Shown: positions 29,969-40,492 of the stretch, one piece after another | Position numbering within the stretch: position 1 is the first letter of the stretch | How the letters are laid out: each line of letters begins with the position of its first letter | Assembly: GCA_047947115.1 (NCBI GenBank) | Contig: CP170459.1 | Coordinates: 5,312,001 to 5,376,000 of the forward strand | From: Verrucomicrobiota bacterium | GTDB lineage: Bacteria > Verrucomicrobiota > Verrucomicrobiia > Limisphaerales > AAA164-E04 | Direction: 5' to 3' | DNA: 64,000 bases | Notes under the pieces: generated by a model | What the model was told of the DNA's origin: nothing | Database searches by the model: none | What the model saw: the letters and a program-made list of their open reading frames with translations, nothing else | Program-made: the position numbers and the translations under genes

Positions 29969-31532
29969 TCTGATCTTGGTCGGCATCTGAGGCAAATTGA
30001 ACAGAATCGCTTCCTTGCTGTTTCCTCAGCTCTTCTTTGCGGGCAGCGGAGGCTTGGTTTAATAGTTCCTCCTGCTGATCTGCCTTCCTTTTCATCAAAA
30101 ACCGGACATAAAGATTGATCGCCAACCCGACAAAAACTCCGATGATGCCCGCGATTGAAATCAATTTGGTCACAAACCCTGCTGCGGTTGCAGCGATCAA
30201 GGCAGAAAAAAACCAGCAAAAAACAACCCAGATCGTACGCCCCATTTTTAAAGCTGCATCTCCACGGGCGAAAATCTTATCAGCCCAACCTGTGGAGATA
30301 ACGGCTGCAAACGCCACATAAGTAGTGGAGACAGGCAACCCCATGCCAGAAGCGAAAGCGATGACGCTTCCTGTCACTGAAGTGATGACGGCAGCGCGCA
30401 ATGCATCATAATGTTGAAGTTTATTTTTCGATGTTTTTTTAGGAGTCGGAGCCAATGCCTGTTCCTGCCCCGATTTAGGGACCACCCATCGCGCCACAGC
30501 GATACACCATTGGGGTGCATACAATTTCACAAGGTCTCCTTGGCTTCCCGTATTGACTTCAGCACGTGTAACACGCTGAGCAGTCTTGCTGGACATCCCC
30601 ATGAACAGAAGCACCCCACAACCAAACAACCAATACCAGGCGACATTGACTTTCGACGCAATCGTACCGTGTTTCAAAATCATCATGATGGCCAATCCGG
30701 GAGAGGCGCAGTTGGCCAGGTCATTTTGACCAAAAGCAACAGCTGTCGCGATCATTCCCAAAACTGCCATGCCCCCGAACAAATTACGATGAATCCGTTG
30801 GCCAAGCACTTTCATGAGGAAGAACGTAAACAACGATAATGCCCCCCAAATGATAATGAGAGCCATGGGAGCCCCAAACTGGTCGAAGGTGTGGGACTTT
30901 ATCAGTTTCACCCAGGCGACATTTTTCATCCCCTTCATCACCAGAAAATAGACCAATCCGGTCATCAGTGCCCCGGCCATCCAGGGACCATGAAGTCCGA
31001 CCACCTTTGTATCTTCGCAGTCGTCCCTTACTACACCTCGGAACATACGTTGCACCAAGAACCCTGCAATACCGCTGACGATGATGGAGCAGATAATTCC
31101 AAGGATGACCTGACCACTTTTATCCCAGTGAATAGCTTCCATCCCCCCCATTGCCAGCCCCCCGCCAAGCAAGGCAAAAACCAGACAAGCGGTAGTGGAA
31201 ACGGGCATACCAAATGCCGAGAATGAAAATAGCAGCACTGTATTGGTGATATAAACAGCTATGTAAACATACATGGCCGACTGCAAATCTCCCAATGCCC
31301 CCGGATCAAAGATACCTTTTCGCGCCGTTTCCATCACAGGTGACGAAGCCATGGCGCCAATCACAACTGCAATCCCGGCAAGCCATACCGCTTTATTGCG
31401 GGGCATGACTCTGGCCCCAAACACCGCATTCACAATATTGGCGGCATCATTTCGCCCCACCTCTATAGTGTTCCAGATAAGCATGATCAGCGCTATCACG
31501 CCGATAACGTAATGAAATGCAGTTAATTCCAT
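29964..31532 (-). CDS. PiT/PHO4 family inorganic phosphate transporter
   Basis: Duplicated signatures GRNDAAN / GQNDLAN and GMPVSTT / GLPVSTT. Confidence 0.88.
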   Translation of the reverse strand: MELTAFHYVIGVIALIMLIWNTIEVGRNDAANIVNAVFGARVMPRNKAVWLAGIAVVIGAMASSPVMETARKGIFDPGALGDLQSAMYVYIAVYITNTVLLFSFSAFGMPVSTTACLVFALLGGGLAMGGMEAIHWDKSGQVILGIICSIIVSGIAGFLVQRMFRGVVRDDCEDTKVVGLHGPWMAGALMTGLVYFLVMKGMKNVAWVKLIKSHTFDQFGAPMALIIIWGALSLFTFFLMKVLGQRIHRNLFGGMAVLGMIATAVAFGQNDLANCASPGLAIMMILKHGTIASKVNVAWYWLFGCGVLLFMGMSSKTAQRVTRAEVNTGSQGDLVKLYAPQWCIAVARWVVPKSGQEQALAPTPKKTSKNKLQHYDALRAAVITSVTGSVIAFASGMGLPVSTTYVAFAAVISTGWADKIFARGDAALKMGRTIWVVFCWFFSALIAATAAGFVTKLISIAGIIGVFVGLAINLYVRFLMKRKADQQEELLNQASAARKEELRKQQGSDSVQFASDADQDQM

Positions 31533-31716
31533 AAATAATTTACGTCCAAATTCACAACACGAACGTGCTGCACTGGTTCAAAAAACACCCAAAGAAACCT
31601 AAAGATTGCCTTCAACACAAGGAAAAGGTCGAGGCTGATGAAAAGAATTCCAGACACAGTCACCTTCAACCATTGGCAAGGTGATTGTTGGAAGGTGGTT
31701 TTCATGAGGTTTTGGT

Positions 31717-34602
31717 TCAAAAATCGTAAGACAGGGACATTCCAAAGGATCGCCCTCGTTTATAGGAAGAATAGATATATTCTTGACCGTTATACTCTTG
31801 TGTAATGTCCACAGTCGGATCAAGCAGGTTCTTGGCAGAAAGTTTCAACTTCCAGTGATCGGTCAACTGCTGAGAAACAGTCATATCAAGAGTGCCCACA
31901 GGCCGTTCAAAGGCATTCGGACGAGCGGGAGAGCTGCTGCCAACAACTGCCAGGCGGGGACCAAAGACATTGTAAAACAAACTCACAATGGTGCCGCTGC
32001 GATCGTTGTTATAGGTCACGTCAAAGTTAAAGATGTATGGGGATTGCCCGGCCAACTGGCGTGTTTCGTTCCGACCGAATTCGTATTCAAATGGTGTCAC
32101 GTTCACTTCCGAAACGACGTAAGTAAAATTGCCACCCACGGTAAAATCCCTCAGGTTTTCCGACAATCGTTCCAGACTTTTCCTCGCTTCCAGCTCCAAT
32201 CCATAAACCGTCGCTTCATCCCGGTTCTGATATTGAACCTGTCGATTGGCGGTCACGAATTGTTTTTCAATAGGAGAGGTCAAGGTCTTGTAGAACAAAC
32301 TGGCGGCCAGCACTTCGTTTGGCTGCGGGAACCATTCCCAACGGAAATCGTAGTTGTTGATGGATGTAATGTCCAAATCGGGATTACCAATCAGGATATC
32401 CCCCCCCATGAAATCAAACACCGGCACCAGGGCAATTTCCCGAAAGGTGGGGCGGGCCAGGGTTTTGCCGTAGGCCAGTCGTAGGTTCATGTTCTCCTTC
32501 GGTTCATAGACCGAGCTTGCAGCAGGCAGAATGGCCGATTCATTGACTGATGAATTTCCGGTGCGTTCCCCGGAATTGACCACCGACAAATCCGTCGTTT
32601 CGTAACGGGCACCGGTCGTGATCTTGAATCGCTCCACAACCGGAATATCGATCATGCTGTAAAGCGCATGAATATTTTGATCTCCAGTGTAGTTGTTGAA
32701 AGGCAGTTCCTGGATGTACTTGTTAAAACGATAGGTTCCACGTCCGGTCGCCTCATAGGTCACATTGGATGGATCCAAAAAGGAATCGGGATCACCCGTT
32801 TGAACCAGATCATTCCAGCGTGGATTGGAACTCGTGTTGTAGGCAAAACGTCGCTCTTCGTAGGTTCGTTGCGTGGCGGAATAATAGGCTCCGAACTTGA
32901 GCTGACTTTCCAGTCCGGACCAAACGCTGAATGGAATGGCATTATCCAGTTTCAGGTTTTGATTATTTTCCAGCAATTCGCGGAAATAACGGGTCGGAGC
33001 ATCGTAACCGGAAAGCGCAATGTTGACGCGCCCGGTATCGGCGCGGTCGTAAGAGAAAAAGCGCAGGTCCGGTTCATCCTGAGTCGTCGAAGAAAGCGCC
33101 GCGATCCAATCCGTTTTCAGATCAAGCAGCTCGGGGAATTCATGCGTGCCTTTTAATTGAAACGAGCGCAGTTCACGAACAATGTAATGCAGTGTACTGG
33201 TTTCGAAGGTGCTGTCTTCAAATCCCTGCAAAAAGCCCGACTGCAAGCGCGCTTCATCCTCACTGCTGTGATTGAACAGAAAATTGAAACCAATTTCGTG
33301 ATTCTCGGACAACTTATAAGCCAAAGTCGCCAGGCCGCCCCAACTCACCTCCTCGATACCACGCGTATCGTTCAGCAACAAATCCGTCTCGACCGAGTCA
33401 CCACTCAGTTTGTGTCGACCGGTGGTTCCGTCCTTGTAAAATGAGTAGTCACGGTCGTAATTCAGTCCAAACAAAAAACCAAGATCCCGGTCCGCGATTT
33501 TCTTGGTATCCCCGACCGAAGCATTGAAACCATGATCCAGTCCCGAAGTCCCCCGAGTGGGACGCATCACCGGTTCAAACAAAGAAGTCAATGCGATCAA
33601 CTTATCCGCCGCGGCTGTCCGCGAGGCGTCCGTACGCCCCCCCCCGGATCGGGTGTCATTGATCAGATCCTGACTATTGATGCCTCCGGCTTCCCATTCC
33701 GCAGGCAACTCACGGGTACCATCCTGCATCCCCAACCAATCGAGGTTACCACCCGGGTAAGTCAGGAAGTCGTCCTTCATGCTCGACTGAGTATTATAAG
33801 TCGTGCTGAAACCAACCTGTGCATTGAATTTTTCGGGAAATGATTTGGTAATGATGTCAACCGATCCGCCACTGAACCCGCCCGGGCGATCAGGAGTAAA
33901 CGTTTTGGATGTAACCACACTTTGAATGGCATTCGCCGGGAAGATATCCATTTGCACGGCCCGTTTGTCGGGGTCCGCGCTGGGCACTTCGGCGCCGTTC
34001 AAGGTGGTGTTGGAGTAACGTTCACCCAGACCACGTATAAAGACGTATTTGCCACCGACCACCGAAGCACCGGTGACCTTGGTCATGATGTCGGCCGCAT
34101 TGCCAGCCCCCGCCCGACTGAAGAAGTCAGAACCGATCGCATCGGTCAAAGCAGCGGAATCCTGACGTTCACTCAACAGCGCCACACTTTGATCCAGTTG
34201 CGGATCGGTAATCACATCAAACGGCTCGAGTTCATAGAACTCGGGTTTCATTTCCAGATTGACGGTTGAAAGCTGAGCGGCAATGACGCGCACATCCGCT
34301 ACGGTTGCGCGGGTGTAGCCAGATTTGTTGAAGATCAAGATGTGATTACCCTGCGGTACTCCCTTCAAGTGATACTGCCCACTTATATCAGTACTCGCGC
34401 CTAAGGTTGTACCTCGAACGGTCACATTTACCCCGGGCAACGGAATACCTTCCCATGAATCTGTAATGCTCCCTTGAACCGTCCCGGTCACATCCTCTTG
34501 CGCATAACCGGGAAAGCAACCAGCGATCAAACAGGCGATATAAATCACCGGTTTGCGTCGAAAGAAGGATCTTTTTCGTGTGCTGTTTTTAAAAAATCGC
34601 AT
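31717..34602 (-). CDS. TonB-dependent outer-membrane receptor with an N-terminal carboxypeptidase-regulatory-like domain
   Basis: Plug motif YVFIRGLGERY, KTFTPDRPGGFSGG, ARPTFRE and the terminal SYDF. Confidence 0.93.
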   Translation of the reverse strand: MRFFKNSTRKRSFFRRKPVIYIACLIAGCFPGYAQEDVTGTVQGSITDSWEGIPLPGVNVTVRGTTLGASTDISGQYHLKGVPQGNHILIFNKSGYTRATVADVRVIAAQLSTVNLEMKPEFYELEPFDVITDPQLDQSVALLSERQDSAALTDAIGSDFFSRAGAGNAADIMTKVTGASVVGGKYVFIRGLGERYSNTTLNGAEVPSADPDKRAVQMDIFPANAIQSVVTSKTFTPDRPGGFSGGSVDIITKSFPEKFNAQVGFSTTYNTQSSMKDDFLTYPGGNLDWLGMQDGTRELPAEWEAGGINSQDLINDTRSGGGRTDASRTAAADKLIALTSLFEPVMRPTRGTSGLDHGFNASVGDTKKIADRDLGFLFGLNYDRDYSFYKDGTTGRHKLSGDSVETDLLLNDTRGIEEVSWGGLATLAYKLSENHEIGFNFLFNHSSEDEARLQSGFLQGFEDSTFETSTLHYIVRELRSFQLKGTHEFPELLDLKTDWIAALSSTTQDEPDLRFFSYDRADTGRVNIALSGYDAPTRYFRELLENNQNLKLDNAIPFSVWSGLESQLKFGAYYSATQRTYEERRFAYNTSSNPRWNDLVQTGDPDSFLDPSNVTYEATGRGTYRFNKYIQELPFNNYTGDQNIHALYSMIDIPVVERFKITTGARYETTDLSVVNSGERTGNSSVNESAILPAASSVYEPKENMNLRLAYGKTLARPTFREIALVPVFDFMGGDILIGNPDLDITSINNYDFRWEWFPQPNEVLAASLFYKTLTSPIEKQFVTANRQVQYQNRDEATVYGLELEARKSLERLSENLRDFTVGGNFTYVVSEVNVTPFEYEFGRNETRQLAGQSPYIFNFDVTYNNDRSGTIVSLFYNVFGPRLAVVGSSSPARPNAFERPVGTLDMTVSQQLTDHWKLKLSAKNLLDPTVDITQEYNGQEYIYSSYKRGRSFGMSLSYDF

Positions 34603-34654
34603 GGAATCAGTTTCGGGAGACTACCCGGTTCTGGATTTCAAAGACTCACCGGCA

Positions 34655-36052
34655 TTACTTGGATGCGGCACTGGCAACCCGTTGGACACTGTCCAAATAC
34701 TTTTGAACATTGTCTCTGGGGTTGCTTTTCTGGGCTCTTTCGAGCAAATCGATGGCCTTGGTGTATTCTTGGGAACGCACCAGGATTTGAGCGTGTTTCA
34801 ACCAGGCATCAGCTTCAAACCCGGATACCTTCGATGCCATTTCATAACGGAAAACTGCCTTCTCCTGATCTCCGTTCTGTGAATAAAAATCTCCAGCCAT
34901 CAATAACGCTTCACCATCCAACGGATTTTTTTCGATGATTTGTTCCAACACAGCCAGTGCCTCCTGGCCGTTCCCGTTGGCAATCGCCACTTTGGATTCC
35001 ATTTTGAGCAGCTTGAAGGTTTCCTCTTCGGTCATGGTCGTCCCGTGTGCGGTCCGGATTTTGGCGAACAACCTTGAGGCTTCTTCCCATTCACCGCGAC
35101 TGACCATGATATCGGCGGCACGCAAGGAACGTTGGACATCTCCGTTCCCATCCATTTCAATCGCCTCCAAATACACGTCCAGAGCAAGATCCTTGGCTTC
35201 TTTCATCATGTAGACATCGCCGAGCAACATCAGGTTTTGCAGAGTGGCATGACCGCTCTTGCGGAGGATTTCAAAATTTACAGCGGCCTTGTCCATCTCT
35301 TCCATCTGAAGATAAACGTTAGCCTGCAACCCCCAAAGCGAAGTGCTCTGAGGCTGTTCTTCCAAAATGTCGTCCAATAGTCGAACAGCGTCCTTAAGTT
35401 CCTCATTCGCGATCTTGCACTTGATCATTCCGAGCTTCCAATCCTGATTCTCAGCATCCAACAACATGGCGTTCTGATAGGCGATTACGGCGGATTGATA
35501 TTTCTCGGTATTGAGATAACAGAACCCAAGCAAACCATATACGGTCCCATCAGCTCCTCCCAGGTTGATGGTTGTGGTCAGATGGTTAACAGCGTCCGCA
35601 TAACGTCCCTCGCGCACCAGAACAATACCCATATTCTTGTGGGCACGTAGAAAGTCCGGAAACTTACTTAGGGCTACCGTAAAATTTTGAATGGCTGCGT
35701 CATGGTTTCCTTCCTGAAAATTAAGTGAACCGAGAGTGTAACTCAGCAAAGCACTGGATGTGGTAGTAATCTTCGAGGAAAGTTGCTTAATGGCCTGCTT
35801 TGGATCATCACGAATCACATCTCCCAACTGGCTGTAAAAAATCTGTTCTTCCGGATTTTCAAACCGAGGTTCCACAGCGCTGTTAACACCGTAGGAACCA
35901 AGAAACCTTCGCTGAAAGGTGGGATCATTCCAAAAGGACTCGCTGAGCTCCGTGTCAATGAAAGACGCCGCATTGACCTGCCCGACGGCGAGAGGAACCA
36001 GACTGGCAGCTCCGAGGGCTAGACCGAGCGTAATGTGTTTGAATAACTTCAT
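34655..36052 (-). CDS. Periplasmic TPR protein (TtpD-like)
   Basis: Signal peptide and multiple TPR helices; follows tonB. Confidence 0.85.
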   Translation of the reverse strand: MKLFKHITLGLALGAASLVPLAVGQVNAASFIDTELSESFWNDPTFQRRFLGSYGVNSAVEPRFENPEEQIFYSQLGDVIRDDPKQAIKQLSSKITTTSSALLSYTLGSLNFQEGNHDAAIQNFTVALSKFPDFLRAHKNMGIVLVREGRYADAVNHLTTTINLGGADGTVYGLLGFCYLNTEKYQSAVIAYQNAMLLDAENQDWKLGMIKCKIANEELKDAVRLLDDILEEQPQSTSLWGLQANVYLQMEEMDKAAVNFEILRKSGHATLQNLMLLGDVYMMKEAKDLALDVYLEAIEMDGNGDVQRSLRAADIMVSRGEWEEASRLFAKIRTAHGTTMTEEETFKLLKMESKVAIANGNGQEALAVLEQIIEKNPLDGEALLMAGDFYSQNGDQEKAVFRYEMASKVSGFEADAWLKHAQILVRSQEYTKAIDLLERAQKSNPRDNVQKYLDSVQRVASAASK

Positions 36053-36062
36053 TCCAAATGAT

Positions 36063-36752
36063 TTATTGATTGATGCGAAATACAATTTGCTGACGGACAT
36101 ACGTTCTCACGGCCTGTCCATCACGAGTTCCAGGTTTGAAACGCCAGCGAGAAAGAGCTTTCAAAGCTGGTGCTTCGAATCCCGGATGACTTGAACTTTC
36201 AACTCTGGGATCTGACACTCGACCGTTTTCATCCAGGATGAACAACAGCACGACGTTCCCTTCAACTTTTGCTTTCAACAGTTCTGGAGGATGGCGAGGA
36301 GCCACCTGAGCGATGGGCTGAGGACGTTGATCCAGATCAGCGAGATCAAAAATGGCGATATCCTCCAAAGCTCCTTCATCTCCCATACCTAGTCCACCAC
36401 CGAGAACCCCACCAGTTCCAACCGACAAGTCAAGATCCAGATCTCCCAGAGACATCTGCCGAGGTGTATCGGATAATTCAGGTGGAGGTGGCTCATCCGG
36501 CGTATCCGGAGGAGGAGGTGGTTCGACTTCCGCGGCCTGAGGAGGAGGAGGAGGCGCGGCCGTATCGATTTGTGAGAGATCGTACTTCTTTTGAACGCCA
36601 CTGGAAATCATCTGAGTCAATGGCAGAACAAGGAATACTCCCAGTGTGATGGCAATGGCCCCGAGTAACACAAACGTAACATTGGTTTTTGTAGTTGGGG
36701 GTTCGTAAACGTGGCGCATGAGAATGGATTCGACTTTCGATCTTACTGACAA
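36063..36752 (-). CDS. tonB: Energy transducer TonB
   Basis: TM anchor, Pro-rich linker, and C-terminal VEGNVVLLFILDENGRV...WRFKPG. The start may be at 36719. Confidence 0.9.
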   Translation of the reverse strand: MSVRSKVESILMRHVYEPPTTKTNVTFVLLGAIAITLGVFLVLPLTQMISSGVQKKYDLSQIDTAAPPPPPQAAEVEPPPPPDTPDEPPPPELSDTPRQMSLGDLDLDLSVGTGGVLGGGLGMGDEGALEDIAIFDLADLDQRPQPIAQVAPRHPPELLKAKVEGNVVLLFILDENGRVSDPRVESSSHPGFEAPALKALSRWRFKPGTRDGQAVRTYVRQQIVFRINQ

Positions 36753-36758
36753 AGCGAC

Positions 36759-37166
36759 CTAGTTATTGCGTTCTGAAGCAAGGCTGACGTTCTTTGCTCC
36801 CCCGAGTTTGGCCTCATCGATCACCCGAACAATGAGTCCATAACTGGCATTTTCATCTCCCTGGATAATGACCGGCATGTCATCGACCTGAGTCAGACGC
36901 TTGACAAGAGGACGGACTCCGGCGATGCCTATCTCACGTCCGCCGTAAACAACCTGCCCCTTGCTGGTCACGGCTAACAAAACACTGTTCTTTTCCAGCG
37001 AAATGGCGGAAGCCGATTGGGGTTTGTCCACTTCCACTCCCGTTTCCTCAACAAATACGGTTGTGACGATGAAGAAGATCAAAAGAATGAACACCATATC
37101 GATCAATGGAGATACATTGATCTCGGAGACTTCCTCGACTTCGTTGATGCTTCGACGTGCTCTCAT
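36759..37166 (-). CDS. exbD: Biopolymer transport protein ExbD
   Basis: [17 protein letters not shown] motif. Confidence 0.93.
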   Translation of the reverse strand: MRARRSINEVEEVSEINVSPLIDMVFILLIFFIVTTVFVEETGVEVDKPQSASAISLEKNSVLLAVTSKGQVVYGGREIGIAGVRPLVKRLTQVDDMPVIIQGDENASYGLIVRVIDEAKLGGAKNVSLASERNN

Positions 37167-37846
37167 GCTGGATTCAGGGCGCTTGCTTCACCGGTTAAAC
37201 CAGCTTGCTGGCGTGAGTCGGCAGTGATGTATTTTTTACGCACAAATTCACCACCATGTTTTTTATACTGCTGAACCGTGAAGCTCTCGAGTTTGGCAAG
37301 AAAGGCGTCGTACTCATCACGCTTGCGTTTCAATAAATGCACCATGAGCAAACCTGGCAAGGCAATACATAGGCCGACTTCCGGGGGAAAAAGCGCTGCC
37401 GATATACCTGCAGCCATCATTTCTGCCATTTCACCACCGCCCGCACCAATGGATTGAAAGGTCATCAACATGCCCATCACAGTCCCCAAAAGACCGATCA
37501 ACGGGGCAGCCGTAACCAGGATGTTGATAAAGGTGATGTTGCGATCAATGAAAGGCATCTTGGAAACCACGACTTCTGCGAACCGGCTGTGTATTTCATC
37601 CACGCTGCCTACTTCGTCCTGCGTGTAACGAATGATCTCGCCAATCTCGCCCTTGGCGCTTTCCGGGTTCTTCAACCACCGCATCCATTCGGTTTCGCCT
37701 ATTTTATGAAAATCGCGGCTGGAGAAATAGAGAAACATGCGGACTGCTGCGCTGTAGGTCATCAGACCAAGTATTGCCAACGGAATCATAGTCCAGCCAC
37801 CGGCCGTCCAAATGTTCCAAACGCGTTCAATAAATGTATTGATCAT
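37163..37846 (-). CDS. exbB: MotA/TolQ/ExbB proton channel
   Basis: [13 protein letters not shown] and GISAAL motifs. Confidence 0.88.
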   Translation of the reverse strand: MINTFIERVWNIWTAGGWTMIPLAILGLMTYSAAVRMFLYFSSRDFHKIGETEWMRWLKNPESAKGEIGEIIRYTQDEVGSVDEIHSRFAEVVVSKMPFIDRNITFINILVTAAPLIGLLGTVMGMLMTFQSIGAGGGEMAEMMAAGISAALFPPEVGLCIALPGLLMVHLLKRKRDEYDAFLAKLESFTVQQYKKHGGEFVRKKYITADSRQQAGLTGEASALNPA

Positions 37847-37877
37847 AAGTATCCTAAATTAATTGAGCACATTTCAC

Positions 37878-39314
37878 TCATTTGTCTGTGACAGGAGCAT
37901 CCTGGACTGTTTCAGGAAGGCCATTGATAAAGCCAACTGAAATTTGCTCCATGGTCCCGAGGACACCCTTGACCTTACGGGTTACAAAGGCATGACAGAT
38001 CAAAGCAGGAACAGCCACCACCAGACCAAACTTTGTGGTGATCAATGCTTCCGAAATACCACCCGATAACATGCGGGGATCGCCGGTCCCGAAAACTGTA
38101 ATCATATTGAACGTGTTAATCATACCGGTCACCGTTCCAAGCAGTCCCAGCAGAGGTGCGGTCGCGGCAGTCAAGGCAATCAAGGGGATGAATCGCTCCA
38201 AGGCCGGTTTGGCGCTGAGCATTTTTTCATACATGATTTCTTCCAAATATTCTTTTTTCTCATGCCGGTTTTCCACCGCCGATTTCAGAATATCCCCCAC
38301 ATAGCCCTTCATGGTGGCAACATGTTGGGACGCTCTGGCAACATTGCCGGTTTTGATGTGACTGAGAATCAGTTGAAGATCCGCCGCAGTAGCCAGTTTG
38401 ATGCTGGAGAGTTGAAGCCACTTCAGTAAAGCAATCAAAACCGCAGCAATCCCAAGCCCAATGATCGGAAACATCACAGGACCACCTTTCTTGATATGCT
38501 CCAGCAGGTTGTCCTCGGTGGCGGAAATCTTGAGAGCGTTGCCCAAGGTTGGATCAACAGGGAACTCTCCCTGATTACTGTCCGCCAACTGACGAATGGC
38601 AACTGTCGCCTCAGGCCCCAAATCCACCACGGAGGGTTCGGGTGATCCCAACTGCAATTGTGCCAAACCAGCGGAATCGGAACTTTGGCTTGAAAAAACC
38701 GCAAAAGGGCCCATCAAAACCACTTTGCCGTTTTCCAGAATACCTTCCGGTGTAAGCGCTTCATTTTCAAAAGCATGACCACCGATCAGGTTCTCCAGGC
38801 GATCCAAGGAAGTATCCAGCAAAGAGACCTGGGTATCCGCCAATTGAGTCGGGCTTAAATCAGGATCTCTGGTTGAAGCGATCACGCTGCTGATCAGGTC
38901 CTGATAAGTATCGGCTTCCGTAATGTGGATGCGGGTTTCGAATAATTGGGCGTATTCATCCAGCAAACCTTTCAGGTAGTTCTGCTCCTCGCGTAAACCC
39001 TTTGTCTGTGTCTTAAGAGCATTCAACTCGACCAATTCGTTGTCGGCAGAACGTTCCAGCCGCGACAGCTCCTGGCGTTTGGCAATGACCTGAGATTCCA
39101 GCTCGTTGATCCGCTTGGATAACGGAATTTTCTCAGCAGCAATGGATTGTTGAAGTTTGTTCAATTCAGACAATGCGGCATCCAAGTCCTTCTTAAAGGA
39201 TACCTGCAATGTTTCCAGGTTCTGAGCGGAAACAGTTGCCTGAAAGATAAGCAAGGCAATGAAGGCCTTGAACGGGAATGTAAATCTTAACATACGGTAT
39301 GCGGGGAAATTCAT
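37878..39314 (-). CDS. Long ExbB-family protein with a large periplasmic N-domain (TtpC-like)
   Basis: Signal peptide, coiled coil, and C-terminal APLLGLLGTVTGMI...GGISEALITTKFGL. Confidence 0.88.
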   Translation of the reverse strand: MNFPAYRMLRFTFPFKAFIALLIFQATVSAQNLETLQVSFKKDLDAALSELNKLQQSIAAEKIPLSKRINELESQVIAKRQELSRLERSADNELVELNALKTQTKGLREEQNYLKGLLDEYAQLFETRIHITEADTYQDLISSVIASTRDPDLSPTQLADTQVSLLDTSLDRLENLIGGHAFENEALTPEGILENGKVVLMGPFAVFSSQSSDSAGLAQLQLGSPEPSVVDLGPEATVAIRQLADSNQGEFPVDPTLGNALKISATEDNLLEHIKKGGPVMFPIIGLGIAAVLIALLKWLQLSSIKLATAADLQLILSHIKTGNVARASQHVATMKGYVGDILKSAVENRHEKKEYLEEIMYEKMLSAKPALERFIPLIALTAATAPLLGLLGTVTGMINTFNMITVFGTGDPRMLSGGISEALITTKFGLVVAVPALICHAFVTRKVKGVLGTMEQISVGFINGLPETVQDAPVTDK

Positions 39315-40069
39315 TTCAACTGGAAAGGCAGGTTGACGAAGGCCGCCGGTTGACTGCCCTGATAGATGTTAATGGCGTTCAGGATTTTTTCCCCCAGCTC
39401 GGGCTGGATGGACCAATCCCACCCATTCGCTCCGGGTTTTCCTGTTCCTGCAAAAGCACCGGTCGGATCAGAAAAGTAGGCCTGTGCCAGTCCAACATAA
39501 AGAACCTGCACCTGCACATCGGCCCCCTCAGTGTTTTTTCTCAATTCAGAAACAACTGTGACACCGCCATTGAACTTGTCGACCTCGTTGATCACACCCA
39601 GGACATTTTGCATACGGGTGGAAACGGAAAGTTTGGTTTCAGCTGGATTTTCAGGAATCCGGTCCAAAAGGGGCGAAATACGCTCTTTGACACCAATCGG
39701 TAATTGATCGGCCAATTTGTTCAACCGGACTTCCAATCGGGCAACCTCCTCTTTGAGGCGTCCAGAATACGCAGTCAAGGCATCCTTCTCTTGGTTGACC
39801 GTTTCAAATTCGGAGGACACCTGGGTTTTGCCTGTATCAACCTTCTCCATCTGCGCATCCAGCGAGCTGAGCTCACCCTCAAAAGCGGAGATGGACTGTT
39901 CAAGCACTTCCTTTTCAACCTGCCAATCTGCCTTGAGCTGAGAGCTTAACTGACGTGATTCAACCCATTTTTCAACCAGATTTCGGGTTTCCTTGATAGG
40001 TGACTGCGCCAATACCGGGCTCGCTGCTACGCAGAGTGCAAAAATATGTTTGTACTTAGCTAATGCCAT
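39311..40069 (-). CDS. DUF3450 family periplasmic coiled-coil protein (TtpB-like)
   Basis: Signal peptide, coiled coil and LYVGLAQAYF; first gene of the Ton cluster. Confidence 0.8.
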   Translation of the reverse strand: MALAKYKHIFALCVAASPVLAQSPIKETRNLVEKWVESRQLSSQLKADWQVEKEVLEQSISAFEGELSSLDAQMEKVDTGKTQVSSEFETVNQEKDALTAYSGRLKEEVARLEVRLNKLADQLPIGVKERISPLLDRIPENPAETKLSVSTRMQNVLGVINEVDKFNGGVTVVSELRKNTEGADVQVQVLYVGLAQAYFSDPTGAFAGTGKPGANGWDWSIQPELGEKILNAINIYQGSQPAAFVNLPFQLK

Positions 40070-40116
40070 TCAGAAAAGATGCTCACCCAGCAATGTTTCT
40101 GAATTTGGGCTTTTAT

Positions 40117-40133
40117 GTTACAATTTGGTGACA
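40117..40133 (-). promoter_or_regulatory. Pho-box-like site upstream of the Ton/Pst operon
   Basis: The minus strand reads TGTCAC-caaat-TGTAAC (11-bp period). Confidence 0.7.
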
Positions 40134-40266
40134 TCCCGGAATCGTTAGCACACCTCCCGGAATCGAGCTAACTCTTAACATTAAGAGCCCTTATCCACTT
40201 TGAGCACCAAAACTCTTTAACCCCGCCTCACATCCCTACCGTCAAGAAAAACACTCAATGCGAACT

Positions 40267-40283
40267 GTGACAAAATGGCGACA
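40267..40283 (-). promoter_or_regulatory. Second Pho-box-like site in the divergent intergenic region
   Basis: The minus strand reads TGTCGC-cattt-TGTCAC. Confidence 0.55.
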
Positions 40284-40390
40284 TGAATAAAAACAGTGAA
40301 AAACGAATGAAAACACGACATAAACAAGCAAATTTAATTCATTTAGCTCAACCCTCCAGGATCCCCATGCCGTCAAGGCCATACCGCCAA

Positions 40391-40418
40391 GTTAACTGTT
40401 TTGTCACATTTTCGCAAT
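40391..40418 (+). promoter_or_regulatory. Degenerate Pho-box-like site upstream of the giant repeat protein
   Basis: GTTAAC-tgttt-TGTCAC-atttt-CGCAAT (11-bp period). Confidence 0.45.
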
Positions 40419-40492
40419 CGACGCGACACACACAAAGGTTCTGCTGACTGGGCTGAAGTTAGTTCGTCGGCAAAAACTAAGTTACTCGATAC

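Noticed and set aside
31661..31697. Hairpin CACCTTCAAC...GTTGGAAGGTG after the TBDR stop
   Set aside because: The stem is imperfect, the loop is large, and there is no U-run on the coding strand, so it cannot be called a terminator.
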